64,000 bases of DNA from Sphyrna mokarran (lineage: Eukaryota): contig JAGIQG010000022.1 of NCBI GenBank assembly GCA_024679065.1, positions 23,684,001 to 23,748,000 on the forward strand. Reading direction: 5' to 3'. A model generated the notes under the pieces. That model was not told the origin of the DNA, searched no databases, and saw only the letters and a list, made by a program, of their open reading frames with translations. The position numbers were made by a program, and so were the translations under genes. Positions 33,669-46,070 of the stretch are shown here, piece after piece (within the stretch, counting starts at the first letter, position 1; each line of letters begins with the position of its first letter).

Positions 33669-33854
33669 TGATGGAATTTCTTTCTGCTCCTAGAGGCTGT
33701 GGGCAACTGAACATCCAAGACTTATCATTGCCTCAGTTTTATCTGCACTTTACAAGCAGTTTGGGTCACCTGGACAACATTTGTAGATCTCTTTCCTGAA
33801 ATTCAATGTACGTGATCTATTTGATGACCTCAGCATCTAATTGAAATTGACATT

Positions 33855-33995
33855 TGGGTTCAAGATCCAACACTGAGGATGTACATTCTTAGAAGTGTTC
33901 CCCTTGAATTGAGATGTTAAACTGAGTCTCACCTATCCGCTGAAGTAGATATTTGAGGTACTGTAACATTATTTGATGAGGAACATGTCTTGGCG
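33855..33995 (+). mobile_element. DeuSINE (SacSINE1/AmnSINE1-like) Deu-domain remnant
   Basis: ACTGAGG...TGAGATGTTAAACTGAGTCTC...CTGAAGTAGAT...ATTATTTGATGAGGAAC resembles Deu core TGAGACGTTAAACCGAGG...CAGGTGGACGT...CTATTTCGAAGAAGAGC. Confidence 0.55.
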
Positions 33996-34007
33996 TTGTA
34001 GTCTTGG

Positions 34008-35110
34008 AGTCATACAGCACATGAAAGCCATTGAGTCTGCACTGACTACCACTAAAGTGCACGAATCGTATTTTCCTCCATTTGTCCCATATTCTTGAAT
34101 GTTATATTTCAAGTGAACATCCAAATATGTTTTAAAGTTTTCCGGCCTCCACTACCTCTCCAGACAGTACATTCCAGATTCCCACTATACTCTGATTTTC
34201 TTTTCCCAAATCCGGTCTGAATCTCCTGCCCCTCAGCTTAAAACTATACCCCCTTATGATTGAGATCTCAACCAAGGGGAATAGCTGCTGCCTACCCATT
34301 CTGTCCATTCCCTTCATAATTTTATACACCTCAATCATGCCCCTATCCCCCTCAGCCTTCTCTGTTCTACAGAAAATAATCCAGGCCTATCCAGTCTGTC
34401 CTTATAGCTCAAATGCTCTATCCAAGGCAACATCTTGGTGAACCTCCTCCGTTCCCTCTCTAGTGCTATCACATCCTTCTAACAGTAAGGTGTCTGGCTG
34501 TACACCAGCTATGGCCTAACCAACACTCTTAAATTCCAAACATTACCTCCTTTCTCGCATACTCTACGCTAAAACTGATAAATGCCTGTATCCCTTATGC
34601 CTTCTAAGCTAACTATTCACATGCTCTACCAACTTCAGGGATCTGTTGATAAATACCCCAAGATCCATTGGGGTATTCCCCGGGTCTTCCCATTGTCCTG
34701 CCGTTCATTAAATACACCCTTGTTTGGTTTCATCTTCCAAAGTTACTTACCTTGCATTTATCAGGGTTAAATACCATCTGCCACTGCTCTGCCCATTTGA
34801 CCAACCCATCTATATCCTCCTGTAGCCTATGGCTTTCTTTTTCACTATTAACCATACTACCAACATTGATGCTGCCTGCAAATTTGCTCAACATTCTGCC
34901 ACATTTTCATTTATATCATTTATGTAGATAACAAACAATAAGGGTCCTAGTACTGATCCTTGTGGTACGTCACTGAATACTTGGCCTCCAGCCACTTGAA
35001 TAGCCTTCTACCAGTAGCCTTTGTATCCTATCACTAAGCCGGTTTTTGATCCATCTCGCCAACTTTCCCTGAATTCCATATGCTTCAACTTTCCATATCA
35101 GTCTCCCATA
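34008..35110 (-). mobile_element. CR1 LINE ~1.1 kb 3' fragment (RT to tail)
   Basis: ORF MIEVYKIMKGMDR...VGIWNVL; AAGGGTCCTAGTACTGATCCTTGTGGTAC is GVPQGSVLGPL on the minus strand. Confidence 0.9.
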
Positions 35111-35792
35111 TCAACTTTCCTCTGTCACCAGAAGGACGGATTAAGTATTTACTGCTGTTTGCAGGATTTTCCTGTGCCCAAAATGATTACTATTCAATGC
35201 CTAGGAGAAACTGTCTTACTCAAAAGTAACTTATTGCATGTAAAGTGGCAGAGATGTTTTAGAGAGCCTTACGCAGATAATGTCTACTTGAGCCAAGAAT
35301 GGAGGTTAAGAATGGTTTCCAGGAGGTACCATCTGTCCTATGAAAGAGCAGGCTACACAGCTATGTCCGGGCCATAGCTGCATACGTAATACAGGAAAAG
35401 TGAACATATGGTTTAAATTTGCCTGTCAAGCTGAGAATAAACAGGAGCCAGGATATAATGCTATGCCTGATCCTGGGCCATTTTCAAACTAGGCAGGACT
35501 TCAGCCAGTTGAAAGGATATGCCCTGACTGCAAGCAACCTTAATGCCCAGGGACACCTGCATTTTTCAGGCAGGCTTTCCAACATCTGCTCAAGAACCTG
35601 TGAGGAGAAGATAGAAACTGCCAAGTGGCAAACTTTAAGTGTAATTGTGAGCTGTGATGCTGCCTTGTAAGTTTGCTTTTTTTTTGCTTAACTACTGCCT
35701 AAACCCAAGAAATACTTCAGTCACTTCCACAGATCTTTGGTCATTTAAGTTCCAAAAATCTCTTCAACTACCTGTACAAATAGTGAGCACCA

Positions 35793-36259
35793 TGGCGGCA
35801 TAGTGGTACAGTGGTTAGCATTGCTGCCTCACAATGCCGCAGACCCAGGTTCAATTCCGGCCTTGGGTGACTATGTGGAGTTTGCACATTCTCCCCATGT
35901 CTGCATGGGTTTCCTCCAGGTGCTCCGGTTTCTTCCGGCCTTGGGTGACTGTGTGGAGTTTGCACATTCTCCCCATATCTGTTTAGGTTTCCTCCAAGTG
36001 CTCCGGTTTCTTCTGGCCTTGGGTGAGTGTGTGGAGTTTGCACATTCTCCCCATGTCTATGTGGGTTTCAGCCGGGTGCTCTGCTTTCCTCCCACAGTCC
36101 AAAGATGTGTAGCCTAGGTTGACTGGCCATGGTATACTATCCTTTAATGTCATTGGGTTACGGACATCGGGCCTATGTGAGATTGTAGTCAGTATAATTG
36201 ATAGGCCAAATGGCCTCCTTCTGCACTGCAGGGATTCTATGATTCTATAAATCTATGAT
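35793..36259 (+). mobile_element. HE1/V-SINE with an internal 78 bp triplication
   Basis: Unit TTCCGGCCTTGGGTGA...GTGCTCCGGTTTC starts at 35855, 35933 and 36011. Confidence 0.93.
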
Positions 36260-37227
36260 GCAAAGTAGATAGAAAACATCAGGCGACATTTTGCTATGAT
36301 TTACCCAGCTTTACGAATGCCCATCCGGATGTGACTGAAATGTCCTCTGCCCCATCCAGCAAGGCAGCTCCTGAGGAAGTTTCCATTCGAACAGATAGTC
36401 TAGAGCTGGTGTATGATTGGTAAATTTATAAAATGGCACCGCTAGTATAAGGAGCAGGTCGGAAATTCAGACATTCACCAACTTCAGCGGTGCCAGCTGT
36501 TAGTGAGTGAGTTCCATTTCAGAAATTGAACCTCATGCAGATCGAACTTTCAAGATGATCTATTGTGTTTTGCTGAGCTATGAAGAAAATTGGAACTCTT
36601 TTGTAAAGAATTAGCAATCCTCCCAGCTTTTAACAAACATTGATTACCCTGATTTCTATAATTGTTTTATTCTGGCCATGTTCTCACTGATCTCCCCATG
36701 TAATTGTGTAGTCCTGTTTCCTGTTGTTATGAAATGTGTAGAGCTTATTGCAACAGTAATCTATTTGTTTTAGAATCAATAAGAGCAGAAAGAAATGAAC
36801 GGCTGTTTAATGTTTCAACAAATCAATCATATTAAGATTGAAGTGTAGGTTGTTCATACTAGACGTGAGTATTGCAAAATAGACCAATTTATGTTTTATG
36901 AGGAAAAAATGATGTCGTTGGAGTGGTCTCCCTAAACTGGCAATCATCAGTGTTAATACTTCATCCATTTGATGCCAAAGATTCAATTTTATAACACATT
37001 TGCCAACAGCTCAATATTTAACAGTACTCATTAACAAGATGAGCAACTTAAAAAACATTAGCAGCACTGTCCTCACAGAGTAGAATCAAATCTTACAGCA
37101 CAATAGCACTCCATTCAGCCCATTGTCTCTGTTCTGGCTCTTTTTCAGAGCCTTACAGTGATTTTTAAGCCCCAGACCTTTCCGCAGTCCCTTGCTCTGT
37201 GGGATCCTCCGAAAAAATCTCCAACTT

Positions 37228-37525
37228 GCATAGTGTCACAATGGTTAGTGCTGCTGCCTCACAGCACCAAGAGCCCAGGCTCAACTCCTGGCTTTGGTCA
37301 CTTTGCAGAATCTGCACACTCTCCCCGTGTCTGCGTGTGTTTCCTCAAGGTGCTCCAGTTTCCTCTCATGGTTCAAAATAAGTGCTGGTTAGGTGCATTG
37401 GCCATGCTAAATTCTCCCTCAAAGTACCTGAACAGGCACCAGAATCTGGTGACTAGGGGATTTTCACAGTAACTTCAATGCAGTGTTAATGTAAGCCTAC
37501 TGGTGACACTAATAAATAAATGTAA
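37228..37525 (+). mobile_element. V-SINE type 2
   Basis: Head TGGTTAGTGCTGCTGCCTCACAG; tail GTAAGCCTACTGGTGACACTAATAAATAAA. Confidence 0.9.
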
Positions 37526-37924
37526 AGCTCTGAATTAGAATCTGATGTTTGGCTAGTTCTGATTTACTTACCTGGATAGTTAAGAAGTTTTAGACAGAAA
37601 ATTTGGAGTCTAACTTCTAGCTAACTACACAACTGCCACCCACCCCGCACCTACACCCCCACCTAGATTTCCCCTTGATTCCTCTCATCACCAATTCATT
37701 TCCACCAACTATCAGCTGACCTGACCTAATGTGATCTCACTATTTGACCCTATCACCTGATACCCTAATTCTCCCACAACTCCTGACCTGACCTTACCAC
37801 CCTACCTAGTTGCCACCCTACCCTCACCCACCCTATCACTTACCCAATGTACCACCCTCACCCACCCTATCCCCAACCGTCTTTCCTGACCCACCCTGCC
37901 CCCTGACCTCACCCATTCTACCCT

Positions 37925-38331
37925 TGTAGTGGGCATGACAGTAAAATTCCCCCCATGAGGTCATCTGTCATGTAACACAGTTGTTGGAATGTGTAAGTTG
38001 GCCCAGCGAGAAGCATTAGTAATAACTCTCCAGCAATATGCATATACCAACATAATCTTTGAATAACAACTAGCAATGTAGTTTACCAGTCCTATCTGAG
38101 TGATTTATGACTTAGAACCATAGTTTCCAAACTTCAGGCTGTCGTATTGGGTGGTTCCCAGTGCTGGGCAACTATTCCCAGATATTCACATGTGAGGACT
38201 TGCACAGCAGTTGCCCTAGAGTGCAAACTTCCCCAGGGCAATTGCCCTGCAGTGGGAACCACCTGGAAATGCAACTTAAATCTCAAGCTCATTCTGACTG
38301 GTTCAGTTCTAACGCACGACTAACCATTACA
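37925..38331. mobile_element. Possible solo LTR inserted in a C-rich MITE remnant
   Basis: TGTAGTGG...CCATTACA termini and an abrupt composition change on both sides; no TSD found. Confidence 0.45.
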
Positions 38332-38470
38332 AAGACCCAGGCTGACACCCTCCCCTCCCTGCCCCCCACCACTCCTTATGGGATACACCCATACCTCCCA
38401 TCATGGAATTGCCCCTATCCACAAAGGACAGCACCTCCCAAAGAGAAATCCCCACCTCACAAGATTCCCT

Positions 38471-38563
38471 CAGCCCAATGGGGACTCATACGCCCTTCAG
38501 CACCCCCCCCTCACCACCAGCCCAATGGGGACTCATTCGCCCTTCAGCACCCCACCTCACCAC
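38471..38563 (+). repeat. ~47 bp tandem duplication in a C-rich tract
   Basis: CAGCCCAATGGGGACTCAT.CGCCCTTCAGCACCCC..CTCACCAC twice. Confidence 0.9.
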
Positions 38564-39524
38564 TTTCACCTCTTCATTGCCCTCGCCCCTCACCCCCATT
38601 ATCCCCCAGGCCCAAACTGAGTCCTTCCCTGGACCCAACCGATCTTCCCTCCCAATGGCTCAATCCAAGCCCTCACCTGAAGCTAAGGCCCCACCCCCAC
38701 CCCACAACACATCCAAGACACAACCTGGCCCAAAGCCCCACCACCATTATATCCTACCCAGTCACTTTGCCTTCTCCCTGGCCTGTTGAAGACTTCTGGC
38801 TTGACCTTGGTTAAAGAAGCTAGTGCTGTTCAGAAGGGGAAAGAGGGGTTCCTTTCCTCTGACAGAGCAACACTCAAAACTAGTCCCTGGGGTGCGCTGC
38901 AATGATGAGATCTTGCATCAGTGGAAAAATCAGGCAAAAAAATCTCGCAGCAGAGTGGCTCTAATTGCCATTCGGAGGATGTTCAAGCCCTTTGTTTTTG
39001 AAGGATAGAAGGAAATACAACATGATGCAGCTGATGGGATCACAAAAATTATGATCTTGTGTAGTACATCATCATCGCAACATTCAGGACTTTAAAAATT
39101 GGGAGATTGAAGCTCCACTGACGTAGCATTTTTTGCAACTTTGAAGGTGGTTCAGGACAAAATTAGGAACCTCAAAGGGAACATTGGCAGCGCATCAGCT
39201 TCAACTTGGAACTACACCAACACTCTGGGAGGGAAGAAAATGTTGGCAACAGCGTCCTAAGAGGCGAAACACTCTCTTGCAGACCGTACTTCGTTGAAAA
39301 CAGTGAGTAACTTTACAAAGGGATCACCTCTAGAGAGGTACGATCAGTCAATTTGAATCAGGCCAAAGCATGTCAATTCAGAGGAAGGCTTAAAAAGTCT
39401 GAGAAAAGCCACGGCAGCTATTACAACTTTTTGGGCCATCGCATTATTTGCACCAAAATACCATTTTGCAGATGGGGCTTTGAAAAGGAGAGCAACAGTA
39501 TGACAGATCCTTAGTGCCAGAGAG

Positions 39525-40266
39525 CCTTCAATGTCAACAAAATGAAGGAGATTGTCATCAATTTCAGGAAGCCACGTGGAGAACATGCCCCTGTCTCCAT
39601 CAACAGGGATGTAGGAGAAATAATCGAGAGCTTCAGGTTTTAGGTGTCCAGATCACTAACAAACTGTCCCAGTTACCCCATGCTGACAGTGTAGTTAAGA
39701 AAGCTCACCAATATCTCCACTTTCTCAAGAAGCTAAGAAAATTTGGCATGACTTTCACCAACTTTACAGATGCACCATAGAAAGCATTCCTTCTGGTTGT
39801 ATCACAGCTTGGTATGGCTTCTGCTCTGCCCAAGCCCGCAAGAAACTATGAAAAGTCGTGAATGTAGCCCAGTCCGTCACACAAACCAGCTTCCTGTCTA
39901 CTGACTCTTTCCACACTTCCAACTGCCTCAGAAAAACAGCCAGCATAATTAAGGACCCCATGCATCCCGGACACATTCTCTTCCACCTTCTTCCATTTGG
40001 AAAAAGGTACAAAAGTCTGAGGTGAAGTACCACCCGACTCAAGAACAGCTTCTTCCCTGCTGCTGTCAGACTTTTGAATGGACTTACTTCTCATTAAATT
40101 GATCTTTCTCTAACGCTACCTATGACTGTGACACTACATTCTGCACTCTCTCTTTTCCTTCTCTATGAATGGTATGCTTTGTCTGCACAGTGCGCAAGAA
40201 ACAATACTTTTAACTATATGTTAATACATGTGAGAATAATAAATTAGATCAACTCAAATCAAATCA
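39525..40266 (+). mobile_element. Rex1/Babar-clade LINE 3' fragment
   Basis: NVNKMKEIVINFRK; LGVQITNKLS..HADSVVKKAHQYLHFLKKLRKFG; TRLKNSFFPAAVRLLN; (TCAAA)n tail. Confidence 0.88.
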
Positions 40267-40399
40267 AGCCCTGAAACAGGGCATGGCAAGTAAAAGTACT
40301 TCAGGCAGCCAGTTCTACAATACATTCAAGCCTCAATGTACAGGAAAGCAGGAACACTTCTTCCTACCTTGGGAATCACAAACAAAAAACCCTGGAAAC

Positions 40400-43300
40400 A
40401 TCAGCAGGATAGCAGTAAAATTTCTCTATGTGGATTAGAATGTAGCATTTTTGTTTATGAGTTCCAATTTTCCCAACAAGAAAGAAAGCTATGGTGATTT
40501 GACGTGATTTTTCAGAACGAAGAGAACAAGCAGTCAAAATCAAGGTAACTCAGAAATGCAGTACTTCATTGGCTGAATATCTTGAGCTTTCCTGAAGATG
40601 ATCAGCAAGATTACAAGGAAACATGAACCACACTAGAAGATGTACAATGTGTGAAAATCATTTTTTGATTGGCACCAACCAAGAGTCAATTTGGCAGTCA
40701 CTGCAAGGGCAGAGACTGGAGAGCAGATTCTGCGATCTCACCCACAGCTGGGATTCTCCAGTCCCGCTGCAGTGAATGGAGATTTGGTTGAATGCCAAAT
40801 TCTTCATCTTCGCTGGCAGCAGTGGCAAGGATGAACAGCTATAGAATTCAACTTTTCAGAAGGTGAGTTAACTGAAAGAATCACAGAGCAGGTAATAGCA
40901 TTGCCCTCCATTGAAGCTTTTAACAAGGACGTCCTAGAAAAGTCAAAAAGTAATACATGCTCTTTGAAATATTATTAAAGACAGGTATAATTAGAATGCT
41001 ATCCTTACAGACTGACAGAATCTGCATTAGATGCGGCTTCAATTACTGGTAATGTAGCTAAAATGGTAACATGGAACAAGTCATGTGGTAGACATCTTCA
41101 TCCACCAAGAAGCTACCTAGCATATAAGGATCACTGTAAGAGAAGTAGTATTAAAAGACATTGGGCACACCAATGTAATAATCCAGTTCAAAAGGTATGC
41201 CGAGAAGTCACAAAAATTCACAACTTGATTAAGAAAAACACATGCAACACACTGGCAGCCAACCATAGAAGCAAGTAGTTAACTTTGGTTAGCTGAGGCC
41301 CGATGGATACGCCTGACAAAGAAAGCTGCAGGTTCAATTCCTGCTTCAGGGAAACTCAGTAACTAATTTAGCTTGACACTCCAATGGGGACCAATTGTCT
41401 TGCATTTATGGGCGGCACGGTGGCACAATAGTTCACACAGCTGCTTCACAGCGCCAGAGGCTCAGGTTCAATTTCGGCATCATATGACGGTGTGGAGTTT
41501 GCACATTCTGTCCATGTCAGCGTGGGTATCCTCTGGGTACTCTCGTTTCCTCACATAGTCCAAAAGATGTGTGGGTTAGCTTGATTGGCCATGCTAAATT
41601 GCCCCTTAGTTTCAGGAGGATTAGGGTTATAAATATGCGGGGTTACAGGGATAGGGCCTGGGTTGTTGGTGCAGGCTCGATGGGCTGAATGGCCTCCTGC
41701 TTCACTGAGGATTCTGTGATTCTGTGATAAACAAAGTCACCAACAAAGAAGCAGACAGAGAGGCAAATAATAATGGCCAACTTCATGTCCAAGAGAGCGT
41801 ATAAGTGTTTCACATTGTCAGTGTTACTAGGTCCATACATGCAATCACACCACTGGAAGTATTTGCAACCATTAATATTGTGAGTCCTAGAAAACTTGGA
41901 ATGCACATTTTGATGGCTAAAATTGATGATGGGGGCAAGTGCTTTCATCCTCTCCCCGAGAATACTAAAGGATCTACGACATTGAAAGGCAATGGTACAA
42001 CTAGCTACAACCAAGTCAATTGCATATAATGGATTGGTAATTCATTTCATTTGTACAGTGACACTGAATTGCAGCCACGGTCAATTGGCATGGTCGTTGT
42101 AGGTCTGTTATCTCTTTGATGCAGAAGGCCCTGCTGTAGCAGATATCAGCATGCAGAGACCTGAAACTTGTTACTATTCATGAGATCAATAAGGTACCAG
42201 CGTGGATACCAGATATCAGTAAAAACCCCATCAAGTCAGTCCTCAACTTGAAATCGAAATGCTCAGACCTGTTTGACTCAATTGGCAGTATTTTTTTGAA
42301 GGGGATGCAGTCTTACATCCATGAGAGAATGCATTTACTTCAATAGGTCCCCTGGAAGCTATTCAATAAAAGTGTAAGTCAAACTGGACAGAATGAAGCT
42401 GGATTGTATAATTTGCAAAGTACAACAGCACATGGAGTGGGTGCAATTCAGTTACATTCATGGTAAATAACAACAGACCAATTAGGGTAGATCAAGATCC
42501 AAGATGTCTTAACTGAGCATTAAAGAGATGCCCATGAGCACAATTTCAAGATTAGAAGGCTTGAATATAAAGTTTGCTGGTTTTTTATTCTCCAATTTGC
42601 TGCTGAACTGTTCATCTGGCAGAAGGCTTGCAGAAGGTGCTCACATATCAAACACTGTACAGAAAATTGGAAACATAAGCTCCATGGCTACTCCACCAGA
42701 AAGGGAAGACTTTTAACTGCCTTTGATCTGGTTTGACTACAAATGTTTGTTTTTATGAGGGATTAAGTACTTGAGGCATTTAAATATACTGAATGGGCTT
42801 TTATCAGTGAGAGTGTTGTTTATATAGTGAAGTCTGTAATAGATACTTAGAATGTAATTATATTTAATCTCAGTATGGCCCTGAAGTCTGCCAATGATGA
42901 ACACTGGGTGAGTTGGCATGCAGGGTACAAGGGCAAAGGGTGATGGATATAGGGCATAGCTTGATGTTAATTTTTTTAATTTCTAGGACGTTTAATTTTT
43001 TAATTTCTAGAATTGCTTAACTTCCTTGCACCACACTTCCCCAACTTTGCTCAGAGGGCATCATCACTTATCATGTGGTGAGGAAGAAAGTATCAGTCAT
43101 ATGGCAAGAAGGTCATCAGTATATTTGAGATAACATAAAAACCATTGTCAGTAGAAATGTTCCCATGTCACTCCAGTTTTATCATCCAAGGAAAACAACC
43201 CCCCTGAGTTAGACACACCACTGAATGGGCTTGGAATTTGTTTCCTACAGGATGGAATGTCCATTGCATTTGGATTGAAGAACTCACCAAGCAAATAATT

Positions 43301-43510
43301 CAGACAGGAGGCACTTGCTCTAGTATTTGATACAACACAATTTCATACACATCTATTTGGAAAGAAATTAATTGTGAAACAGATCAAAAGAGCCTTTGGA
43401 CTGGCGGTAGCCTTTGGAAAGCGCACTGCCTATGTTACAACAACCGCTGATTAAAATCCAAGTATACAAGTGCAATGTTTGCCAAGCAACTTGATTATTA
43501 CTTCAGGCAC
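40400..43510 (+). mobile_element. Decayed Gypsy-type LTR retrotransposon internal region (gag-PR-RT...)
   Basis: gag-like ELTERITEQVIALPSIEAF (~40865); protease FATINI...LMAKIDDGG (for KIDTGA; ORF 41805-42029); RT start PDLFDSIG and DPRCLN*ALKRCPH (~42500). Confidence 0.7.
41410..41727 (+). mobile_element. HE1/V-SINE inserted in the Gypsy remnant
   Basis: GGGCGGCACGGTGGCACA head to GATTCTGTGATTCTGTGA tail. Confidence 0.92.
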
Positions 43511-43512
43511 CT

Positions 43513-43990
43513 TGGGCCTGATTTTCATCTGAGAATTGGATAACTCAAGTTGGGAAATTTCCCAGTTTTGCACAACTCAAACAAGTGCTCTGGGCAGAGA
43601 ACGTTTCACTCCAGGGGGTGTTGAAATAGATTCAGCATTCACCTCTCTCCACCCAGATTTGAGAAGGCTAAAGTGACTGCCGAGTGCTAAGGAAGGCTAG
43701 TTATAAAACCCACTTTAATTCTTTGCAATTTTACCACAGTTACATATTAGGTTCTTGAGCTCACACCCCCTCATCCATCCATGACAATTCATTCCCCTCT
43801 AGTATAATCTTGCCATACCCTCCATGCTAACCTATGCTCTTCACTCATCCACATGATGCCCTGTAGCCCATATGCCAACTCAGTACCAATTCATGTCAAG
43901 ACATAGCCTCCACCCTTTGCCCTTTCATGTCATGTCACCCAGTACTCACCATGGGTAGATCTCAAAAGCCATGATAACATTAAATAAAAT
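43513..43990. mobile_element. Harbinger-like MITE remnant
   Basis: Starts GGGCCTGATTTTC followed by a C-rich CCATGCC-type tract. Confidence 0.45.
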
Positions 43991-44269
43991 CACGTCTTAA
44001 GTATCTATAACAGACTTCACTCTATAAGAATACTCCTCTTGGTGAAAGGACATTTAATAGATTTAAATACTTAAGCACTTAATCCCTTATAAAATAAACA
44101 TTTGCAGTCATAGCCCTGTAGTTAATCCTTTAATAATCTCTTTGAAGCTGTCAAACGCTAAATTTACAGCATCCTACCCCACTCTCCCACTGTGATAATA
44201 ACAGGTTGTGGAAGCAGTCAAACAGTAATAATGCGAAAAAGCACTTAGAGTTACATCAATAAATGTCCA

Positions 44270-44445
44270 TTGATATAGACACAGACAGGCAGCAACATAG
44301 ATTTAAGGTTTTGAACAAGAGATGCAGGGGGATATGAAGATGAATGATTTTATTCAGTGAGTTGGAATGATTTGAAGTTGGCGGCCTACAAGGGTGGTGG
44401 AAGCAAAGACAATCACTGATTTTCAAGGGAAGTTGGATGGGCACT
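44270..44445 (+). mobile_element. CR1 3' fragment
   Basis: CATAGATTTAAGGT...GGGTGGTGGAAGCA...TTTCAAGGGAAGTTGGAT. Confidence 0.7.
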
Positions 44446-44636
44446 TTTTCTGGTCAAGCAACATTCCACCTATAAAATCAACAGAAATGGGCAGAATTCC
44501 TGAAAGACCTCAACATTAACCTTGGGTTTAAAATGAAACAGGTCTGAAATTACATTGAAGTAGAGGTGACACTTACACAGTATAACATGGCATTGAAGGT
44601 ATCCTGTGATTCATTGGCCACCCCGATCAGATCATT

Positions 44637-45160
44637 TAACATAGATCATAAAACACTACAGCACAAACTGTTGCACTCACAAGTTGCGCCGATCATATTC
44701 ATACCTACCAGGCCTACCTATAACTCTCAAACCCATTAAATCCCATGTACTTATCCAGAAGTCTCTTAAAAAACCCCAGCCAGTTCACCTCCACCACTAC
44801 TGACAACAGCCAATTCCACTCACTCACCATCCTCTGAGTGAAAAATTTACCCCCTAACATCTCCTCTGTACCTGCTCCCCAGCACCTTAAACCTGTGTCC
44901 TCTCATAGTGACCATTTCAGCCCTGGAAAATAGATCCACCCTATCTATACCTCTCAACATTTTATAAATGCCTATCAGATCGCCTCTCAACCTTCATCTC
45001 GCCAGGGAGAAGAGACATAGCTCCCTCAACTTATCTTCATAAGGCATGCCTCACAATCCAGCAACATCCTTATAAATCTGCTCTGCACCCTCTCAATAGC
45101 TTCCACATCCTTCCTGTAGTGAGTTGACCAGAACTGCGCACACTACTCCAAGTGGGATTT
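44637..45160 (-). mobile_element. CR1 LINE 3' fragment
   Basis: TTGACCAGAACTGCGCACACTACTCCAAGTG (HLE..AQFWS on minus); CATAGATCATAA tail complement. Confidence 0.88.
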
Positions 45161-45319
45161 CTTGCTGTATTTCACATAAACTCATAAGCAAGCCTAAGGC
45201 ATCACATTCAAACCTAAAAATTACCCAGTCAACCTCAAAGTGGCCTGGAACAACAAGCTATCTCAAAGATTTGACCAGCAGATGAAGCTTACTGTGACTC
45301 ATGTTTTCTATTCTGAAGC

Positions 45320-46070
45320 CAGTCTTTTTTAATCCAAGCTGACAGTAACCCTATTCTGTGAACTTTACTTTTGTTAACCAGCCTTTCACTTCATCAACAC
45401 ACTTTCTTAAAATGTAGATTTACTGCATTCCATTCATCAAAAAAAATCACCTAAATTAACCAAACACAATTGGCCTTTTACTAACTGATGCTGGCTCTCC
45501 TTAATTGAGCAAACCTTTCCAAGTGCCTGTTAATTGCTTTTCCTGAATATTCTTTTGAAAACCTTACCCACCATTGAAATTAAAAAGCATGCTCTATAAA
45601 TACTCAAAATGTCTCCACACTTCTTCTTGAACAAGGGTATGGAAATTTTCCACTTTCCAATCTTCTGGCAATTTCCTATTTCCAGGGAAGTTTGGAGGAC
45701 TATGACAAGCCTTTCCATTATCTCCACTTGGACTTCCCTTAGCAACCAGGTCCCCAAGCTACCTAGGCCAATCTAAGCATAGCCTTCTTTTCAGTACATG
45801 TTGCATATAAATTTTCACCCCATCCATTTCCTCAACCATCTCAAGTTCTTTCAATATTTTTCACCAACCTTTCCATCAGTAAACCTTGAAAGGGTACTTA
45901 TTAAGTACTCTAACCATGCCCTGTAGCTCTAAATATATTCTCCCTTCTTTGTCTTTAATAGCCCCACATTCCTACTCGTTATTTATTATCACCTACTAGA
46001 AGAAGACTTTTGGGTTACATCTTATGCTGATATCCATTGTGATATCATATCTTTGCTAGTTTTGTTTTCC
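45320..46070 (-). mobile_element. Old CR1 RT N-terminal remnant
   Basis: ORF 45530-45757 LLREVQVEI...IPLFKK...YRACFLISMVGKVF resembles PLFKKG..YRPVSLTSVVGK. Confidence 0.75.

Noticed and set aside
35855-36090. Regular repeats resembling a CRISPR array or a repeat protein
   Set aside because: There are no unique spacers, the units are HE1 SINE core sequence, and the context is eukaryotic.
38161-38814. Longest ORF (217 aa, Pro-rich)
   Set aside because: It runs across an LTR-like/C-rich repeat junction; the C-rich composition suppresses stops and no domain is recognisable.
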